64,000 nucleotides of DNA from Corallococcus sp. GTDB lineage: Bacteria > Bacillota > Clostridia > Christensenellales > CAG-314. The notes beneath the pieces are model-generated. The model saw only the letters and a program-made list of their open reading frames with translations, was not told the DNA's origin and did no database searches. This document shows, piece by piece, positions 1 through 9,883 of the stretch. The position numbers were made by a program, and so were the translations under genes. How positions within the stretch are numbered: position 1 is the stretch's first letter; each line of letters opens with the position of its first letter. The DNA lies in contig JAMPEJ010000001.1 in the NCBI GenBank assembly GCA_023665205.1, forward strand, positions 78,955 through 142,954, given 5' to 3'.

Positions 1-483
1 CACGCCAGTCTCGGCAATTTCTCTTATTTCATCAAGCGTAGATTCCCTCGCGCAAACCACCGTTGACGCACCGAGTCTTTTCAAAAATTCTGCACCATAC
101 TTGTCGTGTACGTTAAGTTGAGTACTGGCAACCACTTCAAAAGGTTTGGGCAAACTTGACGCATATCTAATAAGCGCCAAATCTGTCACTATAACACCGT
201 CGGCATTATTTTTATATGCGCAAAATATCGCCTGCTTAGCAGCTAAAACTTCATTATTCTTAACTGAAGTGTTTACAGCAACGTAAACTTTTACTCCGAA
301 AAAATGGCAAAAATCTATCCAATATCCCAAATTGTCGGCATTGAAATTAGGTGCTCTCATACGCGCATTAAAACAGTCCAATCCCAAATATACCGAGTCG
401 CACCCGTTATGCACCGCTGCCGTCAATTGTTCAATACTACCAGCAGGAGCCAATATTTCCCAATTTTTGATTTTCGGTTTCAT
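1..483 (-). CDS. Peptidase U32 family protein (N-terminal part; the gene runs off the left edge)
   Basis: ATG at 483..481, 3 nt after the pheT stop. My translation begins MKPKIKNWEILAPAGSIEQLTAAVHNGCDSVYLGLDCFNARMRAPNF, typical of U32 collagenase-like peptidases. The frame stays open to position 1. Confidence 0.6.
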   Translation of the reverse strand, partial: MKPKIKNWEILAPAGSIEQLTAAVHNGCDSVYLGLDCFNARMRAPNFNADNLGYWIDFCHFFGVKVYVAVNTSVKNNEVLAAKQAIFCAYKNNADGVIVTDLALIRYASSLPKPFEVVASTQLNVHDKYGAEFLKRLGASTVVCARESTLDEIREIAETGV

Positions 484-486
484 CTG

Positions 487-2865
487 TCAGCGTAACGTAG
501 CATCGTATTTATCTTTGATATTTTTAAGCGCTCTACCCACCTGTTTTTCGATGTCGGCATCTTGCAAAGTTCTGTTATTGTCCCTGAACTCAACGGATAT
601 TGCCAAACTTTTTTTATCCGCGCCCAGTTGTTCTCCGCGATAAACGTCAAATAAATGCGCGTCGCACACGTATGAAAGCGCCAAAAATTCATTCAAAATT
701 TCCTGCGCTGGAACGCTCTCATCACATACAAATGCAAAGTCGCGCGATATTGACGGAAATTTTCCAAAGTTTTCAAATTTGATTTCTTCGCTCTTATTAG
801 CAGTCAATTTGTCAAAATCCAATTCTGCATACGCCACTTCAACATTAATACCAAAGTTTTTGGCTATTTGCGGATGTATCTTACCAAATGCACCGCAACA
901 TTCGCCATTGATCAAGACCTCGGCAGATATTCCAGGATGCAGTAATTCACTGTTTTCCGAACGAACCAATTTAATATCTCCGCATGCAAACGCGTGTACC
1001 AGGCGGAGTACAGTCTTGCGGAACTCGTCAAAATCAATATCAGTAGCGCATACGGAAACCTTTTGCACTTCTTTAGGTAAACTACGCAAAGGCAAGATTT
1101 CCGCTTCGTATGTTTTTCCTATTTCGAAAAATTTAAGTCCCATGACTTTACGCGAAAGATTCAGCGCAACACATTGCAACATATTTGGAGCAAGAGACAA
1201 ATTCATCAACGACAGTTCCTCTCCGATAGGATTTTTTATACGGATGTATTTATTTTCCTCCACAGATACAAGCGACGCTTTTTCAAACAAAGATTTACCA
1301 CCGAACGGATAGAAAATGCACTCGCTGTATCCCATTCCGGAAAGTATTTCGCGCACGGTATCGCATTTCTTCGCCTTCTCAGTTTTTCCTCCACAAGTGA
1401 TTTGACAATTATCCAACAAAGTCCCATTTATGTTGTCGTATCCGTAAACTCGTATCAATTCTTCAACAATATCGCAATCGCGAACAAGGTCGTCGCGATA
1501 CGGCGGAACAATGCAAATTACTGTATTTTTTTCAATTTTTGCATCGATATTAAGCAATTTCAAAATGCTTAATATCTTATCGTCGGCAATTTCTATACCC
1601 AATAAACGCTTGATTCGCTCTTTGCCAAACTTAACGTTGCGTTCTCTTGCGACCTCCCCTACGGATATACGGCCCTTTGTTACTTTGCCGCAACCGATTT
1701 GCTCTGCAAGATGCAACGCCCGGCTCAATCCCAAATTGTTTGTATACGTTTCTATACCCTTTTCAAACCGCGCAGAAGAATCGCTCCTAAGTCCCAGTCT
1801 ACGGCTTGTACGCCTGACGTTGCCGCGGGCAAACGTTGCCGATTCCAACATAACACAATTCGTAGTGTTTTTGACGCCGGAATTTGCTCCGCCCATTATT
1901 CCAGCCAAACCTACCACACGGGTTTTATCTGCAATTACAATGTCGTCGTTACCCAGCGCGTATTCTTTACCGTCTAAAGGTACTATTTTTTCTCCGTCTT
2001 GGGCTCTACGCACCACAATTGTTTTATCCGTCAAATCGTCGCAATCGAACGAGTGCATAGGCTGACCTATTTCAAACAAGACATAATTTGTAATATCCAC
2101 AATGTTATTTATGCCGTGCAGCCCAACTTTCGCTAAACGTCGCGTCATCCAAACGGGCGACGGAGCAATTTTTACGTCCGTAAGCCCTTGCATAAAGTAG
2201 CCCGAGCAAACGTCATTTGCCGCAACGTCTACCTTAACAAGAGACGTCGTGTCAACTCCGATTTCACGGTATGAAACGTCAGGTTCCCTACAAGTTTTAC
2301 CAAGGGCAACAGCCACTTCGCGTGCCAATCCTAACACGCTGTTGCAATCTTGACGGTTACTTGTAACGCATACGTCCAAAACGTAATCGTCTAATCCTAC
2401 TTCGGCACACACGTTTCCGCCGATTTCAGCGTCAGGCGACAACACCAATACGCCGTCAGCATCCGCTCCCGCATAGAAATCTTTAGTTATGCCTAACTCC
2501 TCGGCGCCGCAAAACATACCCCAAGATTCCTCACCGCGCATTTTTCCCTTAGTAATATGCAATCCGTTTGCCAAATTGGCATTGTGCAACGCGACAGGCA
2601 CTTTATCACCGATTTTGACTCGGTGGTCGTTTGTTACGATAGGAATAATTTCCCCACCGATATCCACTTTGCAACAAAGCAAGCGCTCGGCATTCGGATG
2701 CTGCGCAATTTCCGTAATGCGGCATATTTTAACGTTGGTAACGTTTTCTCCTAAATATTTTACTTCTTCTATCTCAAGGCCGATAGCGACCATTTTTTCG
2801 CAAAGAGTTTCTATACTCTCATCAATGTCAACAAAGTCTTTCAACCAAGAAAGAGGTACTTTCAT
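487..2865 (-). CDS. pheT: Phenylalanine--tRNA ligase beta subunit
   Basis: 792-aa ORF starting MKVPLSWLKDFVDI, with a tRNA-binding N-terminal domain, B3/4 and B5 regions and an FDX-ACB-like C-terminus. It lies directly downstream of pheS. Confidence 0.95.
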   Translation of the reverse strand: MKVPLSWLKDFVDIDESIETLCEKMVAIGLEIEEVKYLGENVTNVKICRITEIAQHPNAERLLCCKVDIGGEIIPIVTNDHRVKIGDKVPVALHNANLANGLHITKGKMRGEESWGMFCGAEELGITKDFYAGADADGVLVLSPDAEIGGNVCAEVGLDDYVLDVCVTSNRQDCNSVLGLAREVAVALGKTCREPDVSYREIGVDTTSLVKVDVAANDVCSGYFMQGLTDVKIAPSPVWMTRRLAKVGLHGINNIVDITNYVLFEIGQPMHSFDCDDLTDKTIVVRRAQDGEKIVPLDGKEYALGNDDIVIADKTRVVGLAGIMGGANSGVKNTTNCVMLESATFARGNVRRTSRRLGLRSDSSARFEKGIETYTNNLGLSRALHLAEQIGCGKVTKGRISVGEVARERNVKFGKERIKRLLGIEIADDKILSILKLLNIDAKIEKNTVICIVPPYRDDLVRDCDIVEELIRVYGYDNINGTLLDNCQITCGGKTEKAKKCDTVREILSGMGYSECIFYPFGGKSLFEKASLVSVEENKYIRIKNPIGEELSLMNLSLAPNMLQCVALNLSRKVMGLKFFEIGKTYEAEILPLRSLPKEVQKVSVCATDIDFDEFRKTVLRLVHAFACGDIKLVRSENSELLHPGISAEVLINGECCGAFGKIHPQIAKNFGINVEVAYAELDFDKLTANKSEEIKFENFGKFPSISRDFAFVCDESVPAQEILNEFLALSYVCDAHLFDVYRGEQLGADKKSLAISVEFRDNNRTLQDADIEKQVGRALKNIKDKYDATLR

Positions 2866-2882
2866 AGTAATCTTTCACACTC

Positions 2883-3899
2883 CTATTTGCTAAATTGTTT
2901 CAAAAAGCGCTTGTCGTTTTCGTAAAACAATCTAATATCCGGAATTCCGTATTTTATCATAGCCACACGTTCCAACCCCCAACCGAATGCGTAGCCGGTA
3001 TATTTTTTACTGTCGATTCCGCAGTTTTCCAAAACGGCAGGGTTGACCATCCCCGCGCCAAGCACTTCTATCCAACCGGTACCTTTGCAAAGCGAACAGC
3101 CTTTCCCCCCACAATTGCTGCACGAAAGGTCGACTTCAACGCTCGGTTCGGTAAAAGGAAAATAGGACGGACGGAATCGAACTTTCGTATCTTTGCCAAA
3201 TAAATTTTTCGCAAGATATTCCAACGTTCCTTTTAAGTCGCGCAGAGTAACGTTCTCATCAACAACCAACCCCTCTATTTGATGGAATACAGGCGAGTGA
3301 GACGAATCGCTATCCGAACGGAACACCTTGCCGGGACAAATCATCTTGATGGGCGGTTGACTTTTCTCCATCAAACGCGCCTGCATAGGAGAAGTGTGCG
3401 TGCGCAACAAAATACTGTCGGTAATATAGAAAGTATCTTGCATATCTCGCGCGGGGTGATCCGCAGGTATGTTCAGCGCCTCAAAGTTGTAACGATCAGT
3501 TTCTATTTCCGGTCCGGAAAGTACTTCAAAACCCAAAGTAGTAAGCAAATCGCAAATTTGATTTTCCACAATTGTGATCGGATGCAAAGCACCGCGCGGC
3601 TCGAAATCCAACAGACTGACGTCCACACGTTCGTTTTGCAAACGTGCCTGCATTTCCTGTTCGGAAAGGGTTTGAGATTTTTGATTGAAACAGTCTTCCA
3701 ACAGATTACGTAAAACGTTGACTTTAGCGCCGAAACCGGGACGCTCTTCTACAGGCAAATCCTTTATTCCCTTCAATAACGCTGTCAACAATCCGCTTTT
3801 TCCAAGATATTTTACCTTCAATTCCTGCAAATTAAAAAGCGTATCGCAACTACCAATTTCTTGCAAACAATCTTGCTTTATTTGTTCCAACTTATCCAT
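2883..3899 (-). CDS. pheS: Phenylalanine--tRNA ligase alpha subunit
   Basis: Class II aaRS motifs (HPARDMQDTFY, FRPSYFPFTEPS, GWGLERVAM). I chose the ATG at 3899 (MDKLEQIKQD), preceded by AGGAGA. The longer track ORF to 3995 would run into the T-box terminator. Confidence 0.95.
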   Translation of the reverse strand: MDKLEQIKQDCLQEIGSCDTLFNLQELKVKYLGKSGLLTALLKGIKDLPVEERPGFGAKVNVLRNLLEDCFNQKSQTLSEQEMQARLQNERVDVSLLDFEPRGALHPITIVENQICDLLTTLGFEVLSGPEIETDRYNFEALNIPADHPARDMQDTFYITDSILLRTHTSPMQARLMEKSQPPIKMICPGKVFRSDSDSSHSPVFHQIEGLVVDENVTLRDLKGTLEYLAKNLFGKDTKVRFRPSYFPFTEPSVEVDLSCSNCGGKGCSLCKGTGWIEVLGAGMVNPAVLENCGIDSKKYTGYAFGWGLERVAMIKYGIPDIRLFYENDKRFLKQFSK

Positions 3900-3904
3900 A
3901 GATC

Positions 3905-4170
3905 TCTCCTTTATATAAAAAACGTCCCTTGCAAATTTTGCATAAGCAAAAATTACATAGGACGAAATAAATTCCGTGGTACCACCTATTTTCAAAAAGC
4001 ACCGAAGTGCTTTTCCTCCTACGTTCTCTAACGGAAACGACTCGCAAACGACTACTTGTTTTCACCGTTCAAACTCCAAAGCGAATATCTTTTTGCGCAA
4101 GGTCGGGGCTTGCACCGTCCCCCGCTCGCTAAAACCAAGCTGATCGCAAACTCTTACACTTTTTCACAGT
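3905..4170 (-). promoter_or_regulatory. T-box leader (tRNA-Phe-responsive attenuator) upstream of pheST
   Basis: The minus-strand RNA has the conserved T-box core AAATAGGTGGTACCACGGAAT (GGTGGTACCACG = 3986..3975). A terminator stem (CGTCCT...AGGGACG) plus a T6 run follows just before the pheS RBS. Upstream are an AGCGA/GGTGCAAGCCC stem I-like region and a UUC triplet (GATATTCGC) in a plausible specifier position. Confidence 0.85.
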
Positions 4171-4177
4171 TTTTATA

Positions 4178-4206
4178 AGTATAGCAAAAAAACGTAATAT
4201 TGACAA
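4178..4206 (-). promoter_or_regulatory. SigA-type promoter for the pheST T-box leader
   Basis: Minus strand reads TTGTCA (4206..4201), 17 nt spacer, TATACT (4183..4178). Confidence 0.55.
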
Positions 4207-4407
4207 CGGTTTTTCTAAACATTGTCGAAAACAAATTATTTACTCTCATCTCACGCACCCTCAACAATACATATAAGATTTGACTAAGAAATTTAATCGC
4301 ACTATAAAAAAGCCTCTATTTTCCTGTTCAAATGCAAGATTTCTGCATCGCAACTTAGAAAATACAGACTTTTTAGAATACTATTACAGACATATAATAT
4401 ATTATTG

Positions 4408-5094
4408 CTACACGCTGCCGCTCAAAACCACGCCACCTTGCAAAAAAGTATCGGGAATTTTGCCGACGATAATCGTTTCACACACCAATATTGGAGTATT
4501 TATTTCTAAAATTTTATGCATAGTAGGCACAATAACATCAACACGGCTTTCCACATGCAGATATATACGGTGCAAAGTTTGATTTATACCGGCAGATTCG
4601 AAATGTGAAACAAATTTGCATGTCACAGCGCCGACTGGCGATACAGATATGCTCACGTTCGGCCCGACTTCATTCAAAAGCGGAATACCCGTAAGCGTTC
4701 CGAAAGGTATATCTATCGATTCGCCAAATAACGACGTTATTTTATTTTGCGTAACGATAGACGTATCTCGCGCAAGTTCGTTCACTACGGCTTGATTTGC
4801 GGTAAGCATTACTATTTCGTTTGCCGAGTTACGCTCCACCGCAACCATATCGTCATATTTTACTCCGCCGGCAAAAACTGATAATACTGCTTCGTTTGCC
4901 GCTCGTGTGGCTTCCGATTGAACGCGCACTTCGACTATTTCCAGGATAGTGGGCGTCATGGATTTCCAATAAATCCACATAGCAACGCCAAGCGCGCAAA
5001 ACAATGCCACAAGCAGAACGGCAATACACTTCCTGCACACACGTTTACGTTTTTTTCGTTTTTCTGCGTGGTTCACCACAACGTAGCTAGACAT
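4408..5094 (-). CDS. yunB: Sporulation protein YunB
   Basis: 228 aa with a basic N-terminus and one TM segment. The body resembles the YunB family (DDMVAVERNSANEIVMLTANQ..., GIPLLNEVGPNVSISVSPVG, IVGKIPDTFL). Confidence 0.7.
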   Translation of the reverse strand: MSSYVVVNHAEKRKKRKRVCRKCIAVLLVALFCALGVAMWIYWKSMTPTILEIVEVRVQSEATRAANEAVLSVFAGGVKYDDMVAVERNSANEIVMLTANQAVVNELARDTSIVTQNKITSLFGESIDIPFGTLTGIPLLNEVGPNVSISVSPVGAVTCKFVSHFESAGINQTLHRIYLHVESRVDVIVPTMHKILEINTPILVCETIIVGKIPDTFLQGGVVLSGSV

Positions 5095-5155
5095 AATGCA
5101 CCTTTTGCCACATTATATTCCGTTAGCCGATAAAGTGTTACGCTTTTGATCAAAT

Positions 5156-5527
5156 TTATTTCTTTTTGGTACGAGGTCTAAATACTACGGATACCAAATA
5201 TCCGGAAATAATCGCTATGCTTATTCCAGTTGCACATGCAGCCAAACCGCCTTTCAAAGCGCCGTAAAAACCTTCGCTTTTGGCAGATTCCACTGCACCT
5301 TTGACAAGCGCACAGCCAAATCCCGATATAGGTACGCTAGCGCCTGCGCCCGCAAACTCCACCAACGGACTATAAAGTCCGAAACCTTCCAAAACGGCGC
5401 CTGCAATCAAAAATAATACCAAAATTTTACCGTTAGTCAAGTGAGTCCAATTGATTATTATTTGTCCTACAAGACAAATGCCCCCACCTACCAAAAAAGC
5501 TTTTATAAACATCAAAAACGTTTCCAT
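5156..5527 (-). CDS. spoVAE: Stage V sporulation protein AE
   Basis: 123-aa polytopic membrane protein (GAGASVPISGFG motif). Its start overlaps the spoVAD stop (TAATG). Confidence 0.8.
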   Translation of the reverse strand: METFLMFIKAFLVGGGICLVGQIIINWTHLTNGKILVLFLIAGAVLEGFGLYSPLVEFAGAGASVPISGFGCALVKGAVESAKSEGFYGALKGGLAACATGISIAIISGYLVSVVFRPRTKKK

Positions 5528-6528
5528 TACGCAGTTACCTCCACCAAGTGAGTTATCGCAGGAATACTGTCGCCTTGAAACGACGTAGTAGGGCTCATCA
5601 ATGCGCCCGTGCCTGCAAGCAAAATTTTCTTATAATCGCCGCGTCTAAGCTTGCCGAGCAAATAACTGTTGAACACCAAAGCAGAACATGCCGCACCGCT
5701 GCCGCCCTGATACGTTTGTTGCTCTTCAAAAAACAAAGAACCTCCGCAGTCGCAAAGTTTGCGTTCAAAATCATACCCCCGCTGCTTAGTAAGGTCCAAC
5801 AATATTTCCGTACCCAATTTTCCCAAGTCGCCGGTATATATAGCGTCGTAGTCATCCACGCTTGCCATAGTATCTTCAAAAAAGGTTACCAAAGTATCGC
5901 AGGCGGAAGGAGCCATTGCCGCTCCCATATTGTTTACATCCATAATACCGTAGTCAATAACTCTCCCCAAGGTGGCGCGTGTTATCTTGGGGACTTTTTC
6001 TTCGCTATCGCGCGACAGCACCGTTGCGCCAACCCCTGTCGCCGTCCACTGCGTCACGGGCGAGCGCAAAACTCCCAACTCTAACGGATATCTGTATTGC
6101 CTTTCAGCCGTCGAAAAATGACTTCCGGCAACGCATATTACATTTTCCATACCGGCATTCAAAGCGGTTGCGCCCAAAATCAAACTTTCTGCAAACGTTG
6201 CGCAAGCGTTATATAAGCCTAAAAACGCAGAGTGCTGCTTGCGCGCGGCAAAAGACGCAGAAACACACTGATTAAGTAAATCGCCGCCTAAAATGGCGTC
6301 TACGTCGCGATTTGTCATATTAGCCTTCCCTATTACGCCGTCAATTGCATGTTCAAACATTTTACGTTCGGCGCGCTCGAAAGTCTGTTGCCCAAACATA
6401 TCGTCCGGCAACGCAAGGTCAAACAATCCGCGGTAACGTCCGTCGTTCTCCTTGGGGCCTGCGACGGTATACCCCTCGATCACGTGGCAATCATTAAACG
6501 TCAGGGTGCGCTTTTTATAATATTCCAT
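5527..6528 (-). CDS. spoVAD: Stage V sporulation protein AD (thiolase-fold)
   Basis: 333 aa starting MEYYKKRTLTFNDCHVIEGYTVAGPKE, a typical SpoVAD N-terminus. It sits between spoVAC and spoVAE. Confidence 0.85.
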   Translation of the reverse strand: MEYYKKRTLTFNDCHVIEGYTVAGPKENDGRYRGLFDLALPDDMFGQQTFERAERKMFEHAIDGVIGKANMTNRDVDAILGGDLLNQCVSASFAARKQHSAFLGLYNACATFAESLILGATALNAGMENVICVAGSHFSTAERQYRYPLELGVLRSPVTQWTATGVGATVLSRDSEEKVPKITRATLGRVIDYGIMDVNNMGAAMAPSACDTLVTFFEDTMASVDDYDAIYTGDLGKLGTEILLDLTKQRGYDFERKLCDCGGSLFFEEQQTYQGGSGAACSALVFNSYLLGKLRRGDYKKILLAGTGALMSPTTSFQGDSIPAITHLVEVTA

Positions 6529-6531
6529 TTA

Positions 6532-7002
6532 TCACAGACCTCCCAAAATTAAAGTGATAACTGCAACTATAACGGAAATAGCCACTCCGTTTACGATTAC
6601 GGGACCTGCGACTTGAAACATCCTTGCCCCCACCCCGTAAACGTATCCTTCGGAGCGAAATTCCAATGCAGGGGACACCACTGCATTGGAAAAACCCGTT
6701 ATTGGTATCGTAGAACCGGCTCCGGCAAAACGACCGACATTGTCGTATACGCCGAATCCGGTTAAAACTGCCGCCAAAAATACCAACGTACCGCTCGCCA
6801 ATATCGACGCATCCTCAGTGCTGAACCACAATTTATACAATTCTATAAATGCCTGCCCGATAATGCAAATAACGCCGCCTATCAAAAATGCCCAAAACAT
6901 ATTTTTCCAGTGAGAGCTTTTAGGCATTTTTTCAAAGACGTATTGTTTGTAATTTTCTTTTGTTATTGTCTTGTTTTCGACAATCGCAGTTTCTTCTTTC
7001 AT
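6532..7002 (-). CDS. spoVAC: Stage V sporulation protein AC
   Basis: 156-aa membrane protein with GRFAGAGSTIPITGFSN, and first in the spoVAC-AD-AE order. RBS AAAGGAGAAG precedes the ATG. Confidence 0.85.
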   Translation of the reverse strand: MKEETAIVENKTITKENYKQYVFEKMPKSSHWKNMFWAFLIGGVICIIGQAFIELYKLWFSTEDASILASGTLVFLAAVLTGFGVYDNVGRFAGAGSTIPITGFSNAVVSPALEFRSEGYVYGVGARMFQVAGPVIVNGVAISVIVAVITLILGGL

Positions 7003-7187
7003 AACTTCTCCTTTCTTACAGAGTTATCTACGTCTATTTCTTGCGGACAAACGCCGTTTGGTAAAAAACTTTCTCTTTCATCTGAATTTGCCCCGTATTT
7101 AACGCTATTTTTCCTTTTCATACAACAATTATTGCCCCGCAACACAAAAAAATACAAAACGGCAGATAATATTATACTTTCATGCAG

Positions 7188-7217
7188 CAAAAAAGGCAGA
7201 GCGTTTTTCGTTCTGCC
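7188..7217 (-). terminator. Rho-independent terminator after the cvpA-like gene
   Basis: Minus RNA forms GGCAGAACG-AAAAA-CGCTCTGCC (one mismatch), followed by TTTTTTGC. Confidence 0.6.
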
Positions 7218-7240
7218 TCAGTTGATTATTCAAAAATCGA

Positions 7241-7750
7241 CTATGCTATTAATCCTCTTACAAATAATTTCAAAAGCCAATCGCCGAAGAAATTATTGGC
7301 ATATACGTTGTTTATGATCCAACTATCTGTAAGTTGGTTGCCCAACAATTCGCGCACTTTCACAACCAAAGATATGTCGACGTTAAGCAGTACGGTTACA
7401 ACAACAGCGATAACGGCATATACGCTAACTATTCCAATAAGCATACCGAATATCCTGCTAATCACGGACGGAAATTTTATTTTCAAAAACGGTTTTTTAA
7501 GGAAATGCGCCACTACCGCGTACACTACAGATACTACGATCAAAGTTGCGGCAAGAGCCGCGCAAGCCCTCCACGCGACGGAAGAAATAAAACCAAACCA
7601 CTGCATTGGAAAACGAGACAAATATGCCGTGCCGATAGTTACCGCCGCGATACCTATAAGATCAAACAGCGATTTACAAAACTTTTTGAAAAAACCTATA
7701 AGCGCACCTATAACTACTATACCTATAATCACGTAATCGGATATTTGCAT
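7241..7750 (-). CDS. cvpA: CvpA family membrane protein
   Basis: 169 aa with four predicted TM segments. The N-terminus MQISDYVIIGIVVIGALIGFFKKF is typical of the CvpA family. It starts 3 nt after the upstream gene. Confidence 0.65.
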   Translation of the reverse strand: MQISDYVIIGIVVIGALIGFFKKFCKSLFDLIGIAAVTIGTAYLSRFPMQWFGFISSVAWRACAALAATLIVVSVVYAVVAHFLKKPFLKIKFPSVISRIFGMLIGIVSVYAVIAVVVTVLLNVDISLVVKVRELLGNQLTDSWIINNVYANNFFGDWLLKLFVRGLIA

Positions 7751-7753
7751 TTC

Positions 7754-8269
7754 TTATTCCCCTTTTTCTGTATTGTATATAGTGGTATGCAAATCCAAAC
7801 CGTCTATATAAACGGCACCTTGTACCGCATATGCCGTAACTTTTACGTTTTCAAAAGCGTCGGTTTTGGGCAATTCTACCACCACAAAATATTTCAAGTA
7901 ATCCCCACTCCAAATTCTTTGCAACAAATCGGAGGGATTTTCTATTGTCTGAGTTATTTTAAGCGTTTTATTCTCATAAGTCGCATTTATTTCTATGCCA
8001 TCGGGCAAACTTGAAAGATATTTGACATTTACTTTCTCAGCGTCATGAGATTGTACCAAATACACGCAAAACTGATTTGTACTAACCTCTACCTGCTCCA
8101 AATCTTGTAGATCAGATGCTGCAAATTCTTTTACTTCATCTGCTTTATTCAAATCGTGGAAGGACAAATTTTCCCCGCCGGAAAAACCTTTCGCACCGCC
8201 GTAAACGCCTACTATTACTATTCCCGCAATAACGAGAATAATTCCCAAAGATACAAATACTTTTTTCAT
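7754..8269 (-). CDS. Membrane-anchored protein of unknown function (resembles the N-terminal part of DUF4097-type proteins)
   Basis: 171 aa with an N-terminal TM anchor and then a beta-rich soluble region. It is third in a tightly packed PadR operon. The family assignment is my recollection of typical PadR/DUF1700/DUF4097 operons, not a search result. Confidence 0.5.
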   Translation of the reverse strand: MKKVFVSLGIILVIAGIVIVGVYGGAKGFSGGENLSFHDLNKADEVKEFAASDLQDLEQVEVSTNQFCVYLVQSHDAEKVNVKYLSSLPDGIEINATYENKTLKITQTIENPSDLLQRIWSGDYLKYFVVVELPKTDAFENVKVTAYAVQGAVYIDGLDLHTTIYNTEKGE

Positions 8270-8272
8270 TGT

Positions 8273-9352
8273 TTACGCCTCCTTTCCAAAGCAAGCGGAA
8301 ATACTTTTCCCAAATCCGTTACTCATCTTAGCGCAATACTTAAATACTCCCGCCATACCGAAGGTCATTACAAATCCAAGCCCCAAGGCAACAAGGGATC
8401 CACCCAAAACAATCATTGCTGTAGTCATTGCAAGAGACATTGAACGTAAAGCCCAAATAAGCGCGACTATTCCGCCGCCAATCATACCTATGCCTGCAAT
8501 AAACAACGCAATTACGGTCGCCCATACAACAAGAAGCAACGCCACTAAAGCAATCGTAAGCAATACTCCGGCAATTTTTCTGCTTATTCCGATACGTTGC
8601 TTTTTCTTTTTGCCTTTCTTATCTTCCCTTTCCGGAATCGGCACACTTCTCTCGTTATCAAACCGATCCTCATCTTCCGCTTTTTTTGCCGCAGTGCCCT
8701 TGGATATATACGTACCCAATGAGTAGTAAATAGGAATAGTTATAAACAATACCCAAGTCGGGTGCCAAATTCCGCCGTAAAATCCGACGGCAAGGTAAAT
8801 CAACGTTATAAATATAGGATAACAAAAAACGTTGAAATTTCTCTTTTCGATAGCAACTACCAAAGACGAAACAACCGGAATGGCCAGAAATATCATCCAA
8901 GCGGGGTGCCACATATCAAAACAAGCACCCAATATAAAAAACAGCAAAACGCATAACAGCGTAGCAAGCCCGCCTGCAGAACGGTAGTTTTTGTTTATAA
9001 CGATACTGTTTCGTGAGCGTTTCCTTTTGTTAAAACGTTCTCGCTCGTCGTCATAGTCGTCTACTCGCATATGCGGCTGTTCGTCAAAGTCCTCGTCTAT
9101 GCCGTCAGCGCCGGAGTAAACGTACTCGTCAGCTTCGCGGTTACCTTTTTCCTCTTTGTAAAAATCTACCAAGAGCTTATTTGCAACGTCATACGGGTTA
9201 CCGAATTCGGCAATAATTTCTCTCTCACGCATGCCCGCATCGATTTTATCCGAGAACAACTCGTTGTAGTATTCCAAAACGCGCTGTTGCTCGCTTTTAG
9301 GCAAACCGGAAATTCCTTTTTTCAGTTGCCTTTCCCATTCAAATTTTGTCAT
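8273..9352 (-). CDS. DUF1700/HAAS-domain membrane protein (PadR-associated sensor-like)
   Basis: The N-terminus MTKFEWERQLKKGISGLPKSEQQRVLEYYNELFSDKIDAG is DUF1700-like. An acidic linker and about 6 TM segments follow. The ATG abuts the PadR stop (9353). Confidence 0.6.
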   Translation of the reverse strand: MTKFEWERQLKKGISGLPKSEQQRVLEYYNELFSDKIDAGMREREIIAEFGNPYDVANKLLVDFYKEEKGNREADEYVYSGADGIDEDFDEQPHMRVDDYDDERERFNKRKRSRNSIVINKNYRSAGGLATLLCVLLFFILGACFDMWHPAWMIFLAIPVVSSLVVAIEKRNFNVFCYPIFITLIYLAVGFYGGIWHPTWVLFITIPIYYSLGTYISKGTAAKKAEDEDRFDNERSVPIPEREDKKGKKKKQRIGISRKIAGVLLTIALVALLLVVWATVIALFIAGIGMIGGGIVALIWALRSMSLAMTTAMIVLGGSLVALGLGFVMTFGMAGVFKYCAKMSNGFGKSISACFGKEA

Positions 9353-9664
9353 CTACCTGTCTCCTCTTCGAATAAATTCCGACAATCTGTTCAATTCGCT
9401 TATGTCCTGCATAAAACTTCTGATTTTAGCAACGCCTGCGGTGGTAATTCGATAATACTTTCGTAACCTGCCGTTATAAGCTTTGGTACGTGTCACTAAG
9501 TACCCCCCGGCTTCCAAACGTTTCAAAATCGGGTACAGCGTCGATTCGGATATTTCCATATAAGGCGAAATATCGCTTATAATTTTATATCCGTAGGATT
9601 CCTCGGTGCGCAGTGCAGCTAACACAAACACTTCCAAAAAACCCTTTTTCAATTGAGCATCCAC
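9353..9664 (-). CDS. PadR family transcriptional regulator
   Basis: Winged-helix PadR signature (LEVFVLAAL...SYGYKI...STLYPILKRLEAGGYL...RKYYRIT). I chose the GTG at 9664, 7 nt after AAAGGAGA. The track ORF start (TTG 9742) lies upstream of the predicted transcription start site (TSS). Confidence 0.85.
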   Translation of the reverse strand: MDAQLKKGFLEVFVLAALRTEESYGYKIISDISPYMEISESTLYPILKRLEAGGYLVTRTKAYNGRLRKYYRITTAGVAKIRSFMQDISELNRLSEFIRRGDR

Positions 9665-9730
9665 AAGGTCATCTCCTTTTGCTCGCAAGTGTGTTCTATC
9701 ATACGCAATGCGATATACTTTGTTATGCCT

Positions 9731-9762
9731 AATACTATACAATGCATAGTATTGCTTGTCAA
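9731..9762 (-). promoter_or_regulatory. SigA-type promoter overlapped by an inverted repeat (candidate PadR operator)
   Basis: Minus strand reads TTGACA (9762..9757), 17 nt, TATAGT (9739..9734). A perfect 8-bp inverted repeat AATACTAT-N7-ATAGTATT (9731..9753) covers the -10 and spacer. Confidence 0.6.
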
Positions 9763-9883
9763 GAGTTTTTATGATTTTTTTTCAAAAAATATTCGAGTGA
9801 AATTCTATACTCCCAGAATTGTGCAATTTAGCGTCAAAAACAAACGATTCGCAATATATTTATGACATAAATTAGCAAATATT

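Noticed and set aside
3900-3995. N-terminal extensions of track ORFs: pheS to 3995, cdd to 17241, spoIIAA from 17361, DUF512 to 26804, ylmC to 28231, ddl to 48915, SDR to 59602, GNAT to 14578 and PadR to 9742.
   Set aside because: Downstream ATG or GTG codons with good SDs match the known family N-termini. The extensions run into terminators, promoters or riboswitch sequence.
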